Positions 21,739-31,920 are shown, counted from the stretch's first letter. The stretch is DNA of 64,000 bases from an uncultured Spirochaetota bacterium (GCA_963734545.1 CAVTHO010000008.1:480001-544000), one strand, 5' to 3'. Numbers and translations are program-made. Notes: a model not told the origin generated them from the letters alone.

Positions 21739-23874
21739 ATGAAAAATCTACGACTGGCAGCGAAGATCGGAGTCGGCTTCGGTCTGGTCATAGCGATTGC
21801 CGTTGCCCTGGGCGCCATCGCCATCATCAGCATGAGGGGAGTGCAGGGAGATGCGGGACGGCTCGAGCGGGAGACGGTGCCGCAAATGGACGTTGCAACC
21901 AACCTGGAGCGAAACGCCCTGCTCAGCATGTACAACATGCGGGGATACGCGCTCTCCGCCCAGAAGAGCTCGCTCGACGAGGCGAAGACGTATCTCGAAA
22001 TGACGCAGAAGTATCTCACCGACGCAGAGAATCTCGCTTCGAAGTATCCCCGCCTGGGAACGCTGCGCAACAGCGCCGCGGAGGCAAAGTCCCGGGTGGA
22101 GCGCTATGCCAGGACTGCCGACGAAATGGCAGCGGCCATCGCCGACATCGTTGTCGTCCGCAGGGCGCGCGACGAAGCGGCTGCAACGTTCTCGGAGAAA
22201 TCCCAGGCACTCCTGGCAGGACTGAACGACAGAGCAACGGCCGGACTGAAGAAGGGAGCGAGCTCCGCTGCCGGCGTCCGAAGACTTGGCCAGATCAGCG
22301 GAATGAATGAGGTCATCGCCCTTGCCCACAACCTCATACTGGCGAATTTCAGGGCTGAGGCGGCGGACAATCCCTCGCTCCTGCAGAAAGCCCTGGATGA
22401 CTTTGCGCTGTTCTCCGACAAGTGCAAATCCCTGGATGCGATCATGGAGGGAGAGGACAGGGCTGAATTGAAAGAGCTGCAGGCTGAAGGGGAGAACCTG
22501 GCATCAGCAAGCCGCTCGGTGCACGCCGATATGGCGAAGATCTCGAGTCTGAGCATGGACGGCAACAATGCGGCAGTGATGGTGATCAATGCTGCCCAGA
22601 AGATCTATCAGGAGAGCCTCGACGACGCCCATGCAATCACCGCGGTCACCGTGACACGGCTTCTCGCCGCAATGCTCATCCTGGTGGCCGGTCTTGCGGG
22701 CGCCGCGCTGATGAGTGTCACCGTGGCCATCGCTATCACCCGGGCAGTCGTGGGGCCGCTTTCCAAGGGGGTGATGTTCGCCCAGCGCGTCGCCGCGGGC
22801 GATTTCACCGGGCACCTGGACATCGTCCAGAAGGACGAAGTGGGCGTGCTCGTCGATTCGCTGAACGGCATGGCGTCGAGGCTGAAGGAGACGATCATGA
22901 CCGTCCAGCAGAACGCGGCGCAAGTAGCATCCTCCACCGAAGAGATCGCGACCGGCGCGCAGAAGCTCGCCGAGGGAGCACAGAGTCAGGCTTCCACGCT
23001 GGTGCAGACCTCGGCCTCGGTGGAAGAGCTCTCCGCTTCCGTGGATCAGGTCTCCGCGCACGCGCGCTCCCAATCCGAGGCGGTGCAATCGGGAGCCGCC
23101 TCCATGGCGGAGGTGCAGAAGTCGATCGAAGCCGTTTCCGGGAGCCTGGGAGAGATCGCCGCCCTGGCACGAAAGTCCATGGAGGACGCCATCGAAGGCG
23201 CCGCCGCCGTGCAGTCGGTGGTGCGGGGCATCAATATCATCGCGGAGAGCTCGGAGAAGATCGGGGGGATCGTCGGCGTCATTTCGGACATCGCCGACCA
23301 GACGAACCTCCTTGCCCTCAATGCCGCCATCGAAGCGGCCCGGGCCGGCGAGCATGGCCGCGGATTCGCCGTGGTGGCGGATGAAGTGAGCAAGCTCGCA
23401 GATCGCAGCGCCTCGTCCACCAAGGAGATCGAATCCCTGATAAGGGAGAGCGTGAAGAACGTGAGCCAGGGAGTCATGACCGCGCAGGGCTCCCAGAAGG
23501 CGATGGAGCAGATACGGGACGCTTCCCGCCATGTGAACGACATGATCGGCGGGCTTGCCGATGCAATGGCGCAGCAGGTGGTCTCGATTCAGGACCTGGC
23601 AAAAGCTCTCACCAACGTCAGCGAGATGAGCTTGAGCATCTCGGCCGCCACCCAGGAGCAGACCGCCAACGCGCAGCAGGTCTCGAAGGCGGTTGAAAAC
23701 GTCAGCGAGCTGACCCAGGCAGCGGCAGGGTCCGCGGAGGAGATGTCTGCGGCGACGGAACAGCTCTCCAGTATGGCGCAGATTCTGCAGAAGCTCGTGG
23801 GACATTTCAAGGTTTCAAGCGGCGAAGAGAGCCCGCAGCATTCCGCCATCGGTGAGCTGCCGATGATCACATAG
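21739..23874 (+). CDS. Methyl-accepting chemotaxis protein
   Basis: 2 [36 protein letters not shown]. Confidence 0.97.
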   Translation: MKNLRLAAKIGVGFGLVIAIAVALGAIAIISMRGVQGDAGRLERETVPQMDVATNLERNALLSMYNMRGYALSAQKSSLDEAKTYLEMTQKYLTDAENLASKYPRLGTLRNSAAEAKSRVERYARTADEMAAAIADIVVVRRARDEAAATFSEKSQALLAGLNDRATAGLKKGASSAAGVRRLGQISGMNEVIALAHNLILANFRAEAADNPSLLQKALDDFALFSDKCKSLDAIMEGEDRAELKELQAEGENLASASRSVHADMAKISSLSMDGNNAAVMVINAAQKIYQESLDDAHAITAVTVTRLLAAMLILVAGLAGAALMSVTVAIAITRAVVGPLSKGVMFAQRVAAGDFTGHLDIVQKDEVGVLVDSLNGMASRLKETIMTVQQNAAQVASSTEEIATGAQKLAEGAQSQASTLVQTSASVEELSASVDQVSAHARSQSEAVQSGAASMAEVQKSIEAVSGSLGEIAALARKSMEDAIEGAAAVQSVVRGINIIAESSEKIGGIVGVISDIADQTNLLALNAAIEAARAGEHGRGFAVVADEVSKLADRSASSTKEIESLIRESVKNVSQGVMTAQGSQKAMEQIRDASRHVNDMIGGLADAMAQQVVSIQDLAKALTNVSEMSLSISAATQEQTANAQQVSKAVENVSELTQAAAGSAEEMSAATEQLSSMAQILQKLVGHFKVSSGEESPQHSAIGELPMIT

Positions 23875-23916
23875 CGGCCGGGGCGCCGCGCTCAAGGGCC
23901 GGCAGGTTCGCAAATT

Positions 23917-26900
23917 TCAGACAGCCCCGAGGACCCGCATCATATAAGCGCGCAGGGATGGGTCGGTCCATTTTCCCGCGTCCATGCCGGCCCGGAGAAG
24001 GTCCGCGGTCTGGGTGCCTTCCTCGACAACGGTCTGAAAGAATCCTCCCTTGTGAGCGAGCCGGACAGCCTCGTCCATTGCACCCAGGGCCTCCTTCGGT
24101 CCGAACCGATGCAGCCTCGCTTTTGCCAGGAGCAGCAGGGTCTCGATGAGAAGACCGTTCCAGCCTCGCTGTCGCGCAGACGTCGTCAGCTCATCCAGCA
24201 GGCCAAGGGCCTTGTCCCGCTCGCCGTCCGACGCTGCTGCCGCGAGTCGTACCCGCGCCACGGTGACGAGCTCCATGTGCTCGTTCAGGGGGCTTTCCGT
24301 CCCCCGTCGTTGCTGCCGATCAGCCCAGGCAACGGCTGATGCGGTGTCGCCGAACGCCAGCCAGCTCTTCACCCGCTCCGATTCGAACGCGGTCCGCAGC
24401 ACCGTCAGCACCGTAGAGGTCCGCACGATTTCGTCGGCCTTTTCCAGTGCCGCCGCTGTCTCCTCCACCCGCCCCCGCGAGCGCTGCGCGCGTACCAGGA
24501 AGTACAGGCAGAAGTAGACCTCGGAGGGCATGCCCCACCCTTCGACCTGGCTCACTGCCTCCTCGACCATCGCCGCCGCCTCCTCCAGACGCCCCTGCTC
24601 CCGCTTCAGCTCCCCGATAACTGCGGAGGTCTTCGCGAGCTGGCCGCCGCCGCGGGCATGGTGCCGATCGACGTGGGCTTCGTACTCACGGATCATCCGC
24701 TCGCAACCGCCGAGGTTCCCCTGATGCCTGCGAAGCACCAGCAGCCAGAACACTGCGTTCGACATGGACCAGATGTTGTCGATGTCGGTGCTGTAGCGAA
24801 GCCGGTCCGAGAACACCCTGTCAGCGCTCTCCAGGTCGCCCTGGTACAGGAATGCCCTTCCAAGGATAAGGAACACGAGGCTGCGGCCTATCAGGTGGTC
24901 CGCGGGGAGCAGCCCGTCCGCGGTCCGGGTAAGCTCGATGGCCCGCGGCGCATTGCCGGCAAGGTCGTTGAGAAAGGCGCGGATGATCGCAACGTCGCCC
25001 TGCATCGCGCGGGTTTTCCCGTCATCCCGCCCGGTGCCGGGCTGCTCCAGCGCGCGTTCGACCGACTCGAGAACCTTCTCGGTGGCTTCCTGCCTGCCGG
25101 CCAGGACGAGAGCCCATGCGGCGACAATGCCGAGCGCCGGCCGCTGCATCGTGACATCGCCGGGAATCTCCCTGCACCATCGCAGCAGCTCACCCAGCCC
25201 GCCGCGGGAAAGGACCTCCACGTAGCTCCTTTCGATCAGGCCTGCCGCCTGATCGAACCCTCCGGCGGCAAGGTACTGCTGGATCGCCTCGGCAAGCTCC
25301 CCACCGGCGCTGAGCCAGTCCCCCGCCCGCAGGCGCAGCGCGCGGACTTCTTCCGGCGGGCGATCGCGTTCCAGGCGGTTCCGCAGGAGGTCGCCGAAGA
25401 GGTGGTGGTAGCGGTACCAGCACCGGCGCTCGTCCAGTGCCACGAGGAACAGGTTGGCCCGGTCGAGTCGCTCCAGCATCTCCTGGGCTCCGCGCCTCCC
25501 GCTCACCGCCTCGCACAGGCTCGCGTTCATCCTTCCCAGGATCGAGGTCTCCAGCAGGAATCGCTGCGTTTCCCCGTCCTGCCGGCCGAAGACCTCCTCC
25601 GCCAGGTAGTCGAGAATGTAGCGGTTGGTCCCGCCGAAAGCGGTGATGAACGCATCCGCATCCCCTCGGCCCTGCAATGAGAGGGCCGCCATCTGCAGGC
25701 CCGCGATCCACCCCTCGGTGCGTTTTGAAAGCCGGGTGACATTTTCCTCCGACAGGGAAAGCGACATGGACGAGTTGAGGAAAAGACCGGCCTCATCCGT
25801 CGTGAACCGAAGGTCGTCCGCCCGTATCTCGGCCAGGGAGCCGCTGGACCGCAAACGAGCCAGCGGCAGCGGCGGGTCCTCCCGGGTGGCGATGACCAGG
25901 CGCAGCTGGGGCGGCCGGTGCTCCACGAGGAAGCGCACCGCCTCGTGAATCTCCACCGTCTGGATGAACTGGTAGTCGTCCAGCACGAGGGCGACCTCCG
26001 TGCCCCCCGAGCTGACCGAGTTTATCAGGCTCGTCATGACGGCGGAGGCCGGGGCCGGCGGCATGGCAGCGAGCAGGTTCGCTGCCGCCCCACCCAGGCC
26101 GGCCTTGGCAGCCTCCAGCGCCCCGGCACAGTACAGCAGGAATCGATGCACATCGTTATCGCTGCCGTCCAATGACAGCCAGGCAACGGGCAGGCCCGCG
26201 CGGGAGGCCCACTGGGAAAGAAGCGTCGACTTGCCGAAGCCCGCAGGCGCGGAGACCACGGCCAGCCCGTGGGCAATGCCCTGCTCCATGACATCCACAA
26301 GACGTCTGCGATCCACCCGTGCCGCGCGGAGCTGCGGCACATCGAGCTTGGTGCGCAGCAGCCCCTCGAAAGGCGCGGCTCTCGACGAGCGGGATGGGGC
26401 CGTCACGGCCGGAAGCGCAGCGCGCGCCGCTGGCGCTGCCTTGTCCAGTGGCTGCCGCGTGCCCGGATCAGGCTGCGCGCCGAGCTCGCTTTGCAGAAGG
26501 CCGGCAAACTCTTCGTATTGCCTGGCGGCCGCGCTGCGCTGTCCGCTTTGGGCAAGCAGCCGGATCAGCAGAGCCTGGGCAGGTTCGTGCAGCCTGTCCA
26601 GCGTCACCCAGCGCCGGGCAGTCTTCAGCGCCCGTTCCCATTCCTCAGCCGCGGCCTGCGCCCGCGCCAGGTGCTGGAGCGTCCAGCCCTGGTCAACTCG
26701 AATGCTCTCCCGCTCCGCGAGCTGCCAGTCGTCGAACTCCCGGCAGTCGGGAAGCGTGAAGCCTTCGAGAAAATCACCTGCATACAGCTCGGCAGCCTGT
26801 TCGAGCCGGGCGCGGCAGTCGGGGCACGACTCCTCATTTTCATGCGCGTGCCCCTTCACCCCCGCAATGAGAAGCCGCGCCTCGCGCACATCGACCCACG

Positions 26901-27189
26901 GATTGGTGCGGACGCTGATCCTGTCCCGCTCTGCCGTGAGCCATTCTCCCGGCAGCTCTGAGCGAAGCGTGGCAATACTCCGCCGCAGGTTCGCGGGCGC
27001 TCTTACCTGGTCGAAATCCGGCCACAAGAGGGCCGCGAGGCGCTCGCGGGACACGGGGTGATCGTTGAGCGTCAGGTAGGCGAGCAGCGCGGTGGTCTTG
27101 CGGGTATCAAGCCGCACGGGTGCTGCATCGCGCTCGATCCGTGGATGACCGAGCCAGAACAGCTTCACCCGGTTTGTTCGTCGGGGCAT
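23917..27189 (-). CDS. SARP/BTAD-fused MalT-like STAND ATPase regulator without a C-terminal LuxR HTH
   Basis: N-terminal LFWLG...ALLAYL...RERLAALLWP (winged helix) and LYAGDFLEG...FDDW...LDRLHE (BTAD); then LLRTKL, APAGFGKSTLL, LVLDDY, TEGWIAGL, YRYHHLF, TPR-like region; ends with no HTH. Confidence 0.9.
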   Translation of the reverse strand: MPRRTNRVKLFWLGHPRIERDAAPVRLDTRKTTALLAYLTLNDHPVSRERLAALLWPDFDQVRAPANLRRSIATLRSELPGEWLTAERDRISVRTNPWVDVREARLLIAGVKGHAHENEESCPDCRARLEQAAELYAGDFLEGFTLPDCREFDDWQLAERESIRVDQGWTLQHLARAQAAAEEWERALKTARRWVTLDRLHEPAQALLIRLLAQSGQRSAAARQYEEFAGLLQSELGAQPDPGTRQPLDKAAPAARAALPAVTAPSRSSRAAPFEGLLRTKLDVPQLRAARVDRRRLVDVMEQGIAHGLAVVSAPAGFGKSTLLSQWASRAGLPVAWLSLDGSDNDVHRFLLYCAGALEAAKAGLGGAAANLLAAMPPAPASAVMTSLINSVSSGGTEVALVLDDYQFIQTVEIHEAVRFLVEHRPPQLRLVIATREDPPLPLARLRSSGSLAEIRADDLRFTTDEAGLFLNSSMSLSLSEENVTRLSKRTEGWIAGLQMAALSLQGRGDADAFITAFGGTNRYILDYLAEEVFGRQDGETQRFLLETSILGRMNASLCEAVSGRRGAQEMLERLDRANLFLVALDERRCWYRYHHLFGDLLRNRLERDRPPEEVRALRLRAGDWLSAGGELAEAIQQYLAAGGFDQAAGLIERSYVEVLSRGGLGELLRWCREIPGDVTMQRPALGIVAAWALVLAGRQEATEKVLESVERALEQPGTGRDDGKTRAMQGDVAIIRAFLNDLAGNAPRAIELTRTADGLLPADHLIGRSLVFLILGRAFLYQGDLESADRVFSDRLRYSTDIDNIWSMSNAVFWLLVLRRHQGNLGGCERMIREYEAHVDRHHARGGGQLAKTSAVIGELKREQGRLEEAAAMVEEAVSQVEGWGMPSEVYFCLYFLVRAQRSRGRVEETAAALEKADEIVRTSTVLTVLRTAFESERVKSWLAFGDTASAVAWADRQQRRGTESPLNEHMELVTVARVRLAAAASDGERDKALGLLDELTTSARQRGWNGLLIETLLLLAKARLHRFGPKEALGAMDEAVRLAHKGGFFQTVVEEGTQTADLLRAGMDAGKWTDPSLRAYMMRVLGAV

Positions 27190-27222
27190 TTCGCTCCGCC
27201 ATCTTACACCGCGCCCCGAAGC

Positions 27223-27280
27223 GATTCAACGATTATTACACGCATTTCCGGACGTTCGCGGGACACCTGCACCCTACTTT
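27223..27280 (+). promoter_or_regulatory. Conserved promoter copy A: phased direct repeats plus -10 TACTTT
   Basis: 45/58 ungapped identity to 30082-30139. Confidence 0.75.
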
Positions 27281-27313
27281 CAGATGCAGCAAGAAGGATG
27301 GAAAGGAGACCAG

Positions 27314-27805
27314 ATGAAAGGTTTTACAAACTCGGACAGAGCTGACGTCCGGATACTGCCCGCGGTGTTCTTTCTGCCGATGGTGCTCGCCGTGGCGTTC
27401 CACTACTTCGTGTGGCCGCTCGGATTCTCTCTTCCCCAGGCTCTCGGCGGCCGGATCATCCAGGCGGCGGTAGGAGCTCTTGTGGTCTTAATCGGCCTCG
27501 GACTTCCCGGGCTTGCGATGGCACAGTTTCGCAGGACAGGCCAGAAGGCAGACATTCGCCAGCCGACCACCTCCATAATCCGCACGGGACCCTACCGGTT
27601 CTCCCGCAATCCGATGTACCTGGGGGCCATGCTTGTTCACCTGGGAGTCGGGCTGGCTACCGGCAGCGTCTGGGTCCTCCTGACGCTTGCGCCGGCCTTT
27701 GTCGCGGCCCACGTGCTCGCCGTCATTCCCGAGGAAACATACCTTGCGAAGAAGTTCGGCGATGAATATTTGGCGTACAAGGCGGCGGTGCGGCGATGGC
27801 TATGA
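27314..27805 (+). CDS. Isoprenylcysteine carboxyl methyltransferase (ICMT/PEMT) family protein
   Basis: TGPYRFSRNPMYLG, EE.YL..KFGDEY..Y...VRRW; SD AAGGAG. Confidence 0.9.
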   Translation: MKGFTNSDRADVRILPAVFFLPMVLAVAFHYFVWPLGFSLPQALGGRIIQAAVGALVVLIGLGLPGLAMAQFRRTGQKADIRQPTTSIIRTGPYRFSRNPMYLGAMLVHLGVGLATGSVWVLLTLAPAFVAAHVLAVIPEETYLAKKFGDEYLAYKAAVRRWL

Positions 27806-28674
27806 CCAGCGGAAGGCCCTCGAGGCCCATCCTGAAATTCTCTCTGCTCGAGCTCTTCCTCTCCATTCCGTTCTGGGCGATCGTCGCATTGGCGCACGCG
27901 CATGTGATCCCCGATCTTCAAATGTTGAATGCAGCCTGGTCGCTTACTCCGATGATGGCAGCGCTGATTCTTGTCTATCGAGAGAACAAGACAACAGGCG
28001 TGAAGGCGCTTTTCAGTCGATGTTTCGATTACCGGCGAATCAAGGCACGAGCATGGTATCTGCCTGTATTCCTCTTGTTTCCATTCATAGTATTCGGGCA
28101 GTACGCACTGGCGCTCCTGTCGGGAAAGCAGCCTTCCGCGCCGCATCTCACACTCCTGGTGCCGCTTGCGTTCATTGGGTTCTTCTTCGGTGTTTTCGGG
28201 GAAGAACTAGGCTGGACGGCATACGCCCTTGACCGGATGCAGGAAAAGTGGAGTGCGCTCAAGGCAAGTATTCTCCTGGGGATCATGTGGGCATCATTTC
28301 ACGGCCCTGTCTGGATCTTGACTGGCCAGTCTTTTCAATGGGTTGCCTGGCAGTGGATCTATGTTGTGGCGAGCCGGGTCCTGTTCGTCTGGATCTACAA
28401 CAACACGGGAAAGAGCCTGTTCGCCATGGGACTGCTCCATCCCGGGTTCGGTGTCTATTGGTATCTGTGGCCAGTCAGCGCAAACCTGGGCACACCATCC
28501 TTTTACGACCCGCGCAACCTTGCTTTCACCTCTATCGTCCTGGCGGTGACAGTCCTTTTCCTCTGGGGGCCCAGGACGCTGACTCAATACAGATATGCGC
28601 ATCGGGCAAAGGGCCGATCGGTTACCCCCGGTCTGCCATCGCGCCTCGCAAAACAGACAAGGAATACCCAATGA
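27802..28674 (+). CDS. CPBP (CAAX protease/Abi) family intramembrane protease
   Basis: GEELGW, WASFHGP, YNNTGKSL...LLH motifs; ATGA overlap with upstream gene. Confidence 0.88.
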   Translation: MTSGRPSRPILKFSLLELFLSIPFWAIVALAHAHVIPDLQMLNAAWSLTPMMAALILVYRENKTTGVKALFSRCFDYRRIKARAWYLPVFLLFPFIVFGQYALALLSGKQPSAPHLTLLVPLAFIGFFFGVFGEELGWTAYALDRMQEKWSALKASILLGIMWASFHGPVWILTGQSFQWVAWQWIYVVASRVLFVWIYNNTGKSLFAMGLLHPGFGVYWYLWPVSANLGTPSFYDPRNLAFTSIVLAVTVLFLWGPRTLTQYRYAHRAKGRSVTPGLPSRLAKQTRNTQ

Positions 28675-29321
28675 CAAGAATGCATATCGGACTCGCAGCG
28701 GCAATTCCATCAGGCGTCCTGATTGTCGGACTGCTCGTGCTGATCCTTGCGAGCTATCAACGTGACATCCATCAGGCGCGCGCGCGCATCTCGGCCGGGA
28801 GCCGGATCGTCGAGACGCCCCGTGGGCCTATCGAGTACGCGGTTGCCGGTGACGGTCCGCCGGTATTGGTCGTGCACGGCGCCGGTGGTGGATATGACCA
28901 GGGTCTGGACTTTACGAAAGCGCTGGTCCGGGCCGCGCGCCGACTTGCACCCCGGGCCATGTTTCGGGCGCTTCTCGGCACACCGCCAGAGGTAGTGGAG
29001 AGCGCGAGCGCCGATGAACGTGCGAGAGCTGCGCAAGTTCTGGACCACCTCCTGCCCTTCAGCCAGCGCCGGCTCGGGGTACACAACGATGCTTCAATCA
29101 CGCCTTTCCTGCCGCGCTACGAGCTTGAGCGAATTGAGGCGCCTGCCCTCATCCTGGGCGCGGCCGACGATCTGTATGGAACGTTCGATGGCGCCCGCTA
29201 TAGCGCCCGGCATATCCGGCACGCTCGATTCATCGGCTACCCGAGCGGCGGGCACATACTGGTCGGGCAGCTGCAGGAGGCTCTATCCGAGACAGTGGCC
29301 TTCCTGAAAAGGGCGGAGTAA
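28671..29321 (+). CDS. Alpha/beta hydrolase-like protein apparently missing its nucleophile region
   Basis: TPRGPIEYA..GDGPPVLVVHGAGGG and C-terminal ADD/GGH are present, but no GxSxG; only 216 aa. Confidence 0.7.
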   Translation: MTRMHIGLAAAIPSGVLIVGLLVLILASYQRDIHQARARISAGSRIVETPRGPIEYAVAGDGPPVLVVHGAGGGYDQGLDFTKALVRAARRLAPRAMFRALLGTPPEVVESASADERARAAQVLDHLLPFSQRRLGVHNDASITPFLPRYELERIEAPALILGAADDLYGTFDGARYSARHIRHARFIGYPSGGHILVGQLQEALSETVAFLKRAE

Positions 29322-29325
29322 AACG

Positions 29326-30060
29326 ATGAAGGAACCGTTGCGCAGCATGAGGCAATTTCAGGGATTGGCCTCGCGGGAGAGGCTGCACTACCTGGTTTAC
29401 GCCGGCCTGGCCATCGGAGCTGCAGGACTGACGGCAATCGCGTACTTCTCCGACAATCTCGCTTTTCACCGATTGCTCGGCACCGTCAATCCTTTCGTCG
29501 TCACTATTCCCCTGATTTTCCTGGGCTTCATTCTCCTATCCGTTCAAAATTCGCGCCATTGGTTTGCGGTCATCAGAAAGGGAACCCTCAAGGGGGTGCT
29601 TCTCTCTGCCGGGCTCGCATCGATCCTTGGACTCATTGCCATCCTGATCGATCACGCAATCGTGTATCCCGCAGACATGAACGTTGCATTCCCCCTGTCT
29701 CTGGCGTACTACCCGAGCGTTGCCTTTTTCGCTGAAATCGTTCTGCATCTCGTGCCGCTCACGCTGATTTCGATTCTCCTGTCGTCCGTCTTCAAGAAGA
29801 TCTCGAACGCAAAGATCATCTGGATTGCAATCCTGATCGCATCGCTCTCGGATCCCGTCTTTCAGGTTTTTGATGCTGCCGCCAATCACTCCCCCCTGTG
29901 GATTGTGCTCGTGACGGGGCTTCACGTCCTTGTGATCAATTTCCTCATGCTCGTCATCTTCAAGCGCTATGATTTCGTTTCACTGCTTTCATTCAGGCTC
30001 GTCTACTACGTGATCTGGCACATCGTGTGGGGCGCAATCCGGCTCCGCGTCCTGTTCTGA
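29326..30060 (+). CDS. Polytopic membrane protein, possibly a distant CPBP relative
   Basis: Hydrophobic ORF; AEIVLHLVPL and RLVYYVIWHIVWG motifs. Confidence 0.65.
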   Translation: MKEPLRSMRQFQGLASRERLHYLVYAGLAIGAAGLTAIAYFSDNLAFHRLLGTVNPFVVTIPLIFLGFILLSVQNSRHWFAVIRKGTLKGVLLSAGLASILGLIAILIDHAIVYPADMNVAFPLSLAYYPSVAFFAEIVLHLVPLTLISILLSSVFKKISNAKIIWIAILIASLSDPVFQVFDAAANHSPLWIVLVTGLHVLVINFLMLVIFKRYDFVSLLSFRLVYYVIWHIVWGAIRLRVLF

Positions 30061-30081
30061 TCGGCTCCGATCCCACGGGTT

Positions 30082-30139
30082 GATTCAACGGTTTTTCAAC
30101 GCATTCCCGGACGACCGCAGGACGCACGTACCCTACATT
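30082..30139 (+). promoter_or_regulatory. Conserved promoter copy B: TCAACG/GGACG repeats at 11-12-11 spacing plus -10 TACATT
   Basis: 45/58 ungapped identity to 27223-27280. Confidence 0.75.
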
Positions 30140-30170
30140 CGATCCCACCAAGCCGGAAAAGGAGGCGCAT

Positions 30171-30389
30171 TTGGAGCGACAGGAGTACGAGATAAGGCTC
30201 AAGGGGAGCCTCGGCACGTATGGGCAGAAATGGTTCGACGGGTTCTCCCTTCACACGGAGAACAGCGAGGTCACAGTGCTCCGCGGCACCGTTATCGATC
30301 AATCGACCCTCTACGGAGTTCTTTCGCGGATCAGGGACCTGAACCTCCAGTTGATAAGCGTCAATCCAGTTCCGGACAAAGGAGAATGA
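30171..30389 (+). CDS. Small hypothetical protein (72 aa)
   Basis: SD AAGGAGG before TTG; YEIRLKG...WFDG...DQSTLYGVL.RIRDLNLQLISV. Confidence 0.75.
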   Translation: MERQEYEIRLKGSLGTYGQKWFDGFSLHTENSEVTVLRGTVIDQSTLYGVLSRIRDLNLQLISVNPVPDKGE

Positions 30390-30390
30390 A

Positions 30391-31032
30391 GTGGAAAGAA
30401 ACCCCGCATCTATTCGTGGTGTCCGCCGCTGGGCGGCGGACGCGGTGAGCCTCTCGCGGCTCGTGCTTCTCTTCCCGCTTGTATGGTGCGAGATCACCGC
30501 AAGCCCGTGGGCCCTTGCCGTTCTGGCCGTGATCGTCGTGAGCGACCTTATCGACGGCCCGATTGCTCGTCGGCTCGGCACGGCCGGCAGCAGGGGCGCG
30601 TTCATCGATGCCGCCTGCGACGTCGCAGTCGTGATGAGCGCCGCCATCGCGGTCGGAGCTTCCGATGCACGCTATGCCGGGCTTGCCGCCGTAATGGCTC
30701 TTGCGTTCCTGTCCTATGCCGGCTTCAGCCTGATCCTCCGCCGATTCGCTTACACGCGGCTGGGCAGATATGACGGTGCGGTGTGCTTCGGCGTCGTGGC
30801 CCTGGCCGGAGTGAAAGCACTGCTTGCGGCAATCGGTGTCAGCGTGCCCGCGGCCGCGGAATGGATCGTTCTCGGCCTTTCGGCCGCTTTCCTTGCGGTC
30901 TCTGCTGTTGAAAACATTTCGGGGATATGGACCGCAGGAAGAGCCGGCAAAGGACAGGTTCGCCCTGCTTCCTGGAGAGCATTCCCGAGCACCCTGTCTC
31001 CGCACAGCAACAATCAAAGGAGATCCGCATGA
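30391..31032 (+). CDS. CDP-alcohol phosphatidyltransferase family protein
   Basis: DLIDGPIARRLG...GAFIDAACD signature. Confidence 0.88.
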   Translation: MERNPASIRGVRRWAADAVSLSRLVLLFPLVWCEITASPWALAVLAVIVVSDLIDGPIARRLGTAGSRGAFIDAACDVAVVMSAAIAVGASDARYAGLAAVMALAFLSYAGFSLILRRFAYTRLGRYDGAVCFGVVALAGVKALLAAIGVSVPAAAEWIVLGLSAAFLAVSAVENISGIWTAGRAGKGQVRPASWRAFPSTLSPHSNNQRRSA

Positions 31033-31168
31033 GCCTCCCATTGCGTCCCGAGTCTCCGGGCTGCTCCCCGCCCGCCCTTGCCCGTTCGCATAGCGGGAAC
31101 AGGAGACTTTTCGGCCTGTCGCTTTCACTGCCTTCACTGCCCGGCAGCGTCGTGCTACAATCGACTCG

Positions 31169-31885
31169 ATGTCGGGAGAGACGATTCTTGTGGTAGAGGA
31201 CGAGGCCTCTGTCGCGCGCGGCCTCGAGTATGGCCTGAAGGCCGAGGGATTCAACGTCCTCGTGGCCGGCACCGGCGCGAAAGCGCTGGAGATCACCCGT
31301 GCCGGCAAAGACAAGCCCCCGCACCTTATGCTCCTGGACATCCGGCTCCCGGACATGAGCGGCTTCGACGTCTGCAAGACCCTGCGCGAGGAGGGGCGCG
31401 CCCTGCCCATCCTCATGGTGACGGCGCGGGATGAAGAAGTGGACAAGGTCCTCGGCCTGGAGCTGGGTGCCGACGACTACATCGTGAAGCCCTTCTCCCT
31501 GAGGGAAGTGCTCTCCCGCGTGCGCGCCGCGCTGCGCAGGGCGTACGGCGAGCTGGCATCAGCGGCGGCGGAGCGCGTGGTCTTCGGCGACGTAGTGGTG
31601 GACCTCCAGCGGATGCGGGTGGATCGCGCCGGCCAGAACGTGCTCCTTACGCCGACCGAGTATCGGCTTCTCCGCCACTTCGTGACCCATGCGGAGCAGG
31701 TGTTGACCCGTGACTCTCTCCTGGAGGTGGTCTGGGGCTACGACAACAGCGTTGATTCGCAGCGCACGGTGGACGTGCACGTGCGGCACCTTCGGGAGAA
31801 GCTGGAAGCAGACCCCGCCGCGCCCCGCTACCTCGTCACGGTCCGCGGCACCGGGTACGTGTTCACGACAAAGCCCCGGGAATGA
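31169..31885 (+). CDS. OmpR/PhoB-family response regulator
   Basis: LVVEDE, LLDIRLP, GADDYIVKPF, RTVDVHVRHLREKLE, VRGTGY. Confidence 0.96.
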   Translation: MSGETILVVEDEASVARGLEYGLKAEGFNVLVAGTGAKALEITRAGKDKPPHLMLLDIRLPDMSGFDVCKTLREEGRALPILMVTARDEEVDKVLGLELGADDYIVKPFSLREVLSRVRAALRRAYGELASAAAERVVFGDVVVDLQRMRVDRAGQNVLLTPTEYRLLRHFVTHAEQVLTRDSLLEVVWGYDNSVDSQRTVDVHVRHLREKLEADPAAPRYLVTVRGTGYVFTTKPRE

Positions 31886-31920
31886 GCGTAGACATGGACG
31901 TCGAGGCTGGCCGAGGCCCT

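Noticed and set aside
23200-23450. Similarity to 62560-62780 as a large inverted repeat
   Set aside because: Ordinary paralogy of the conserved MCP signalling domain
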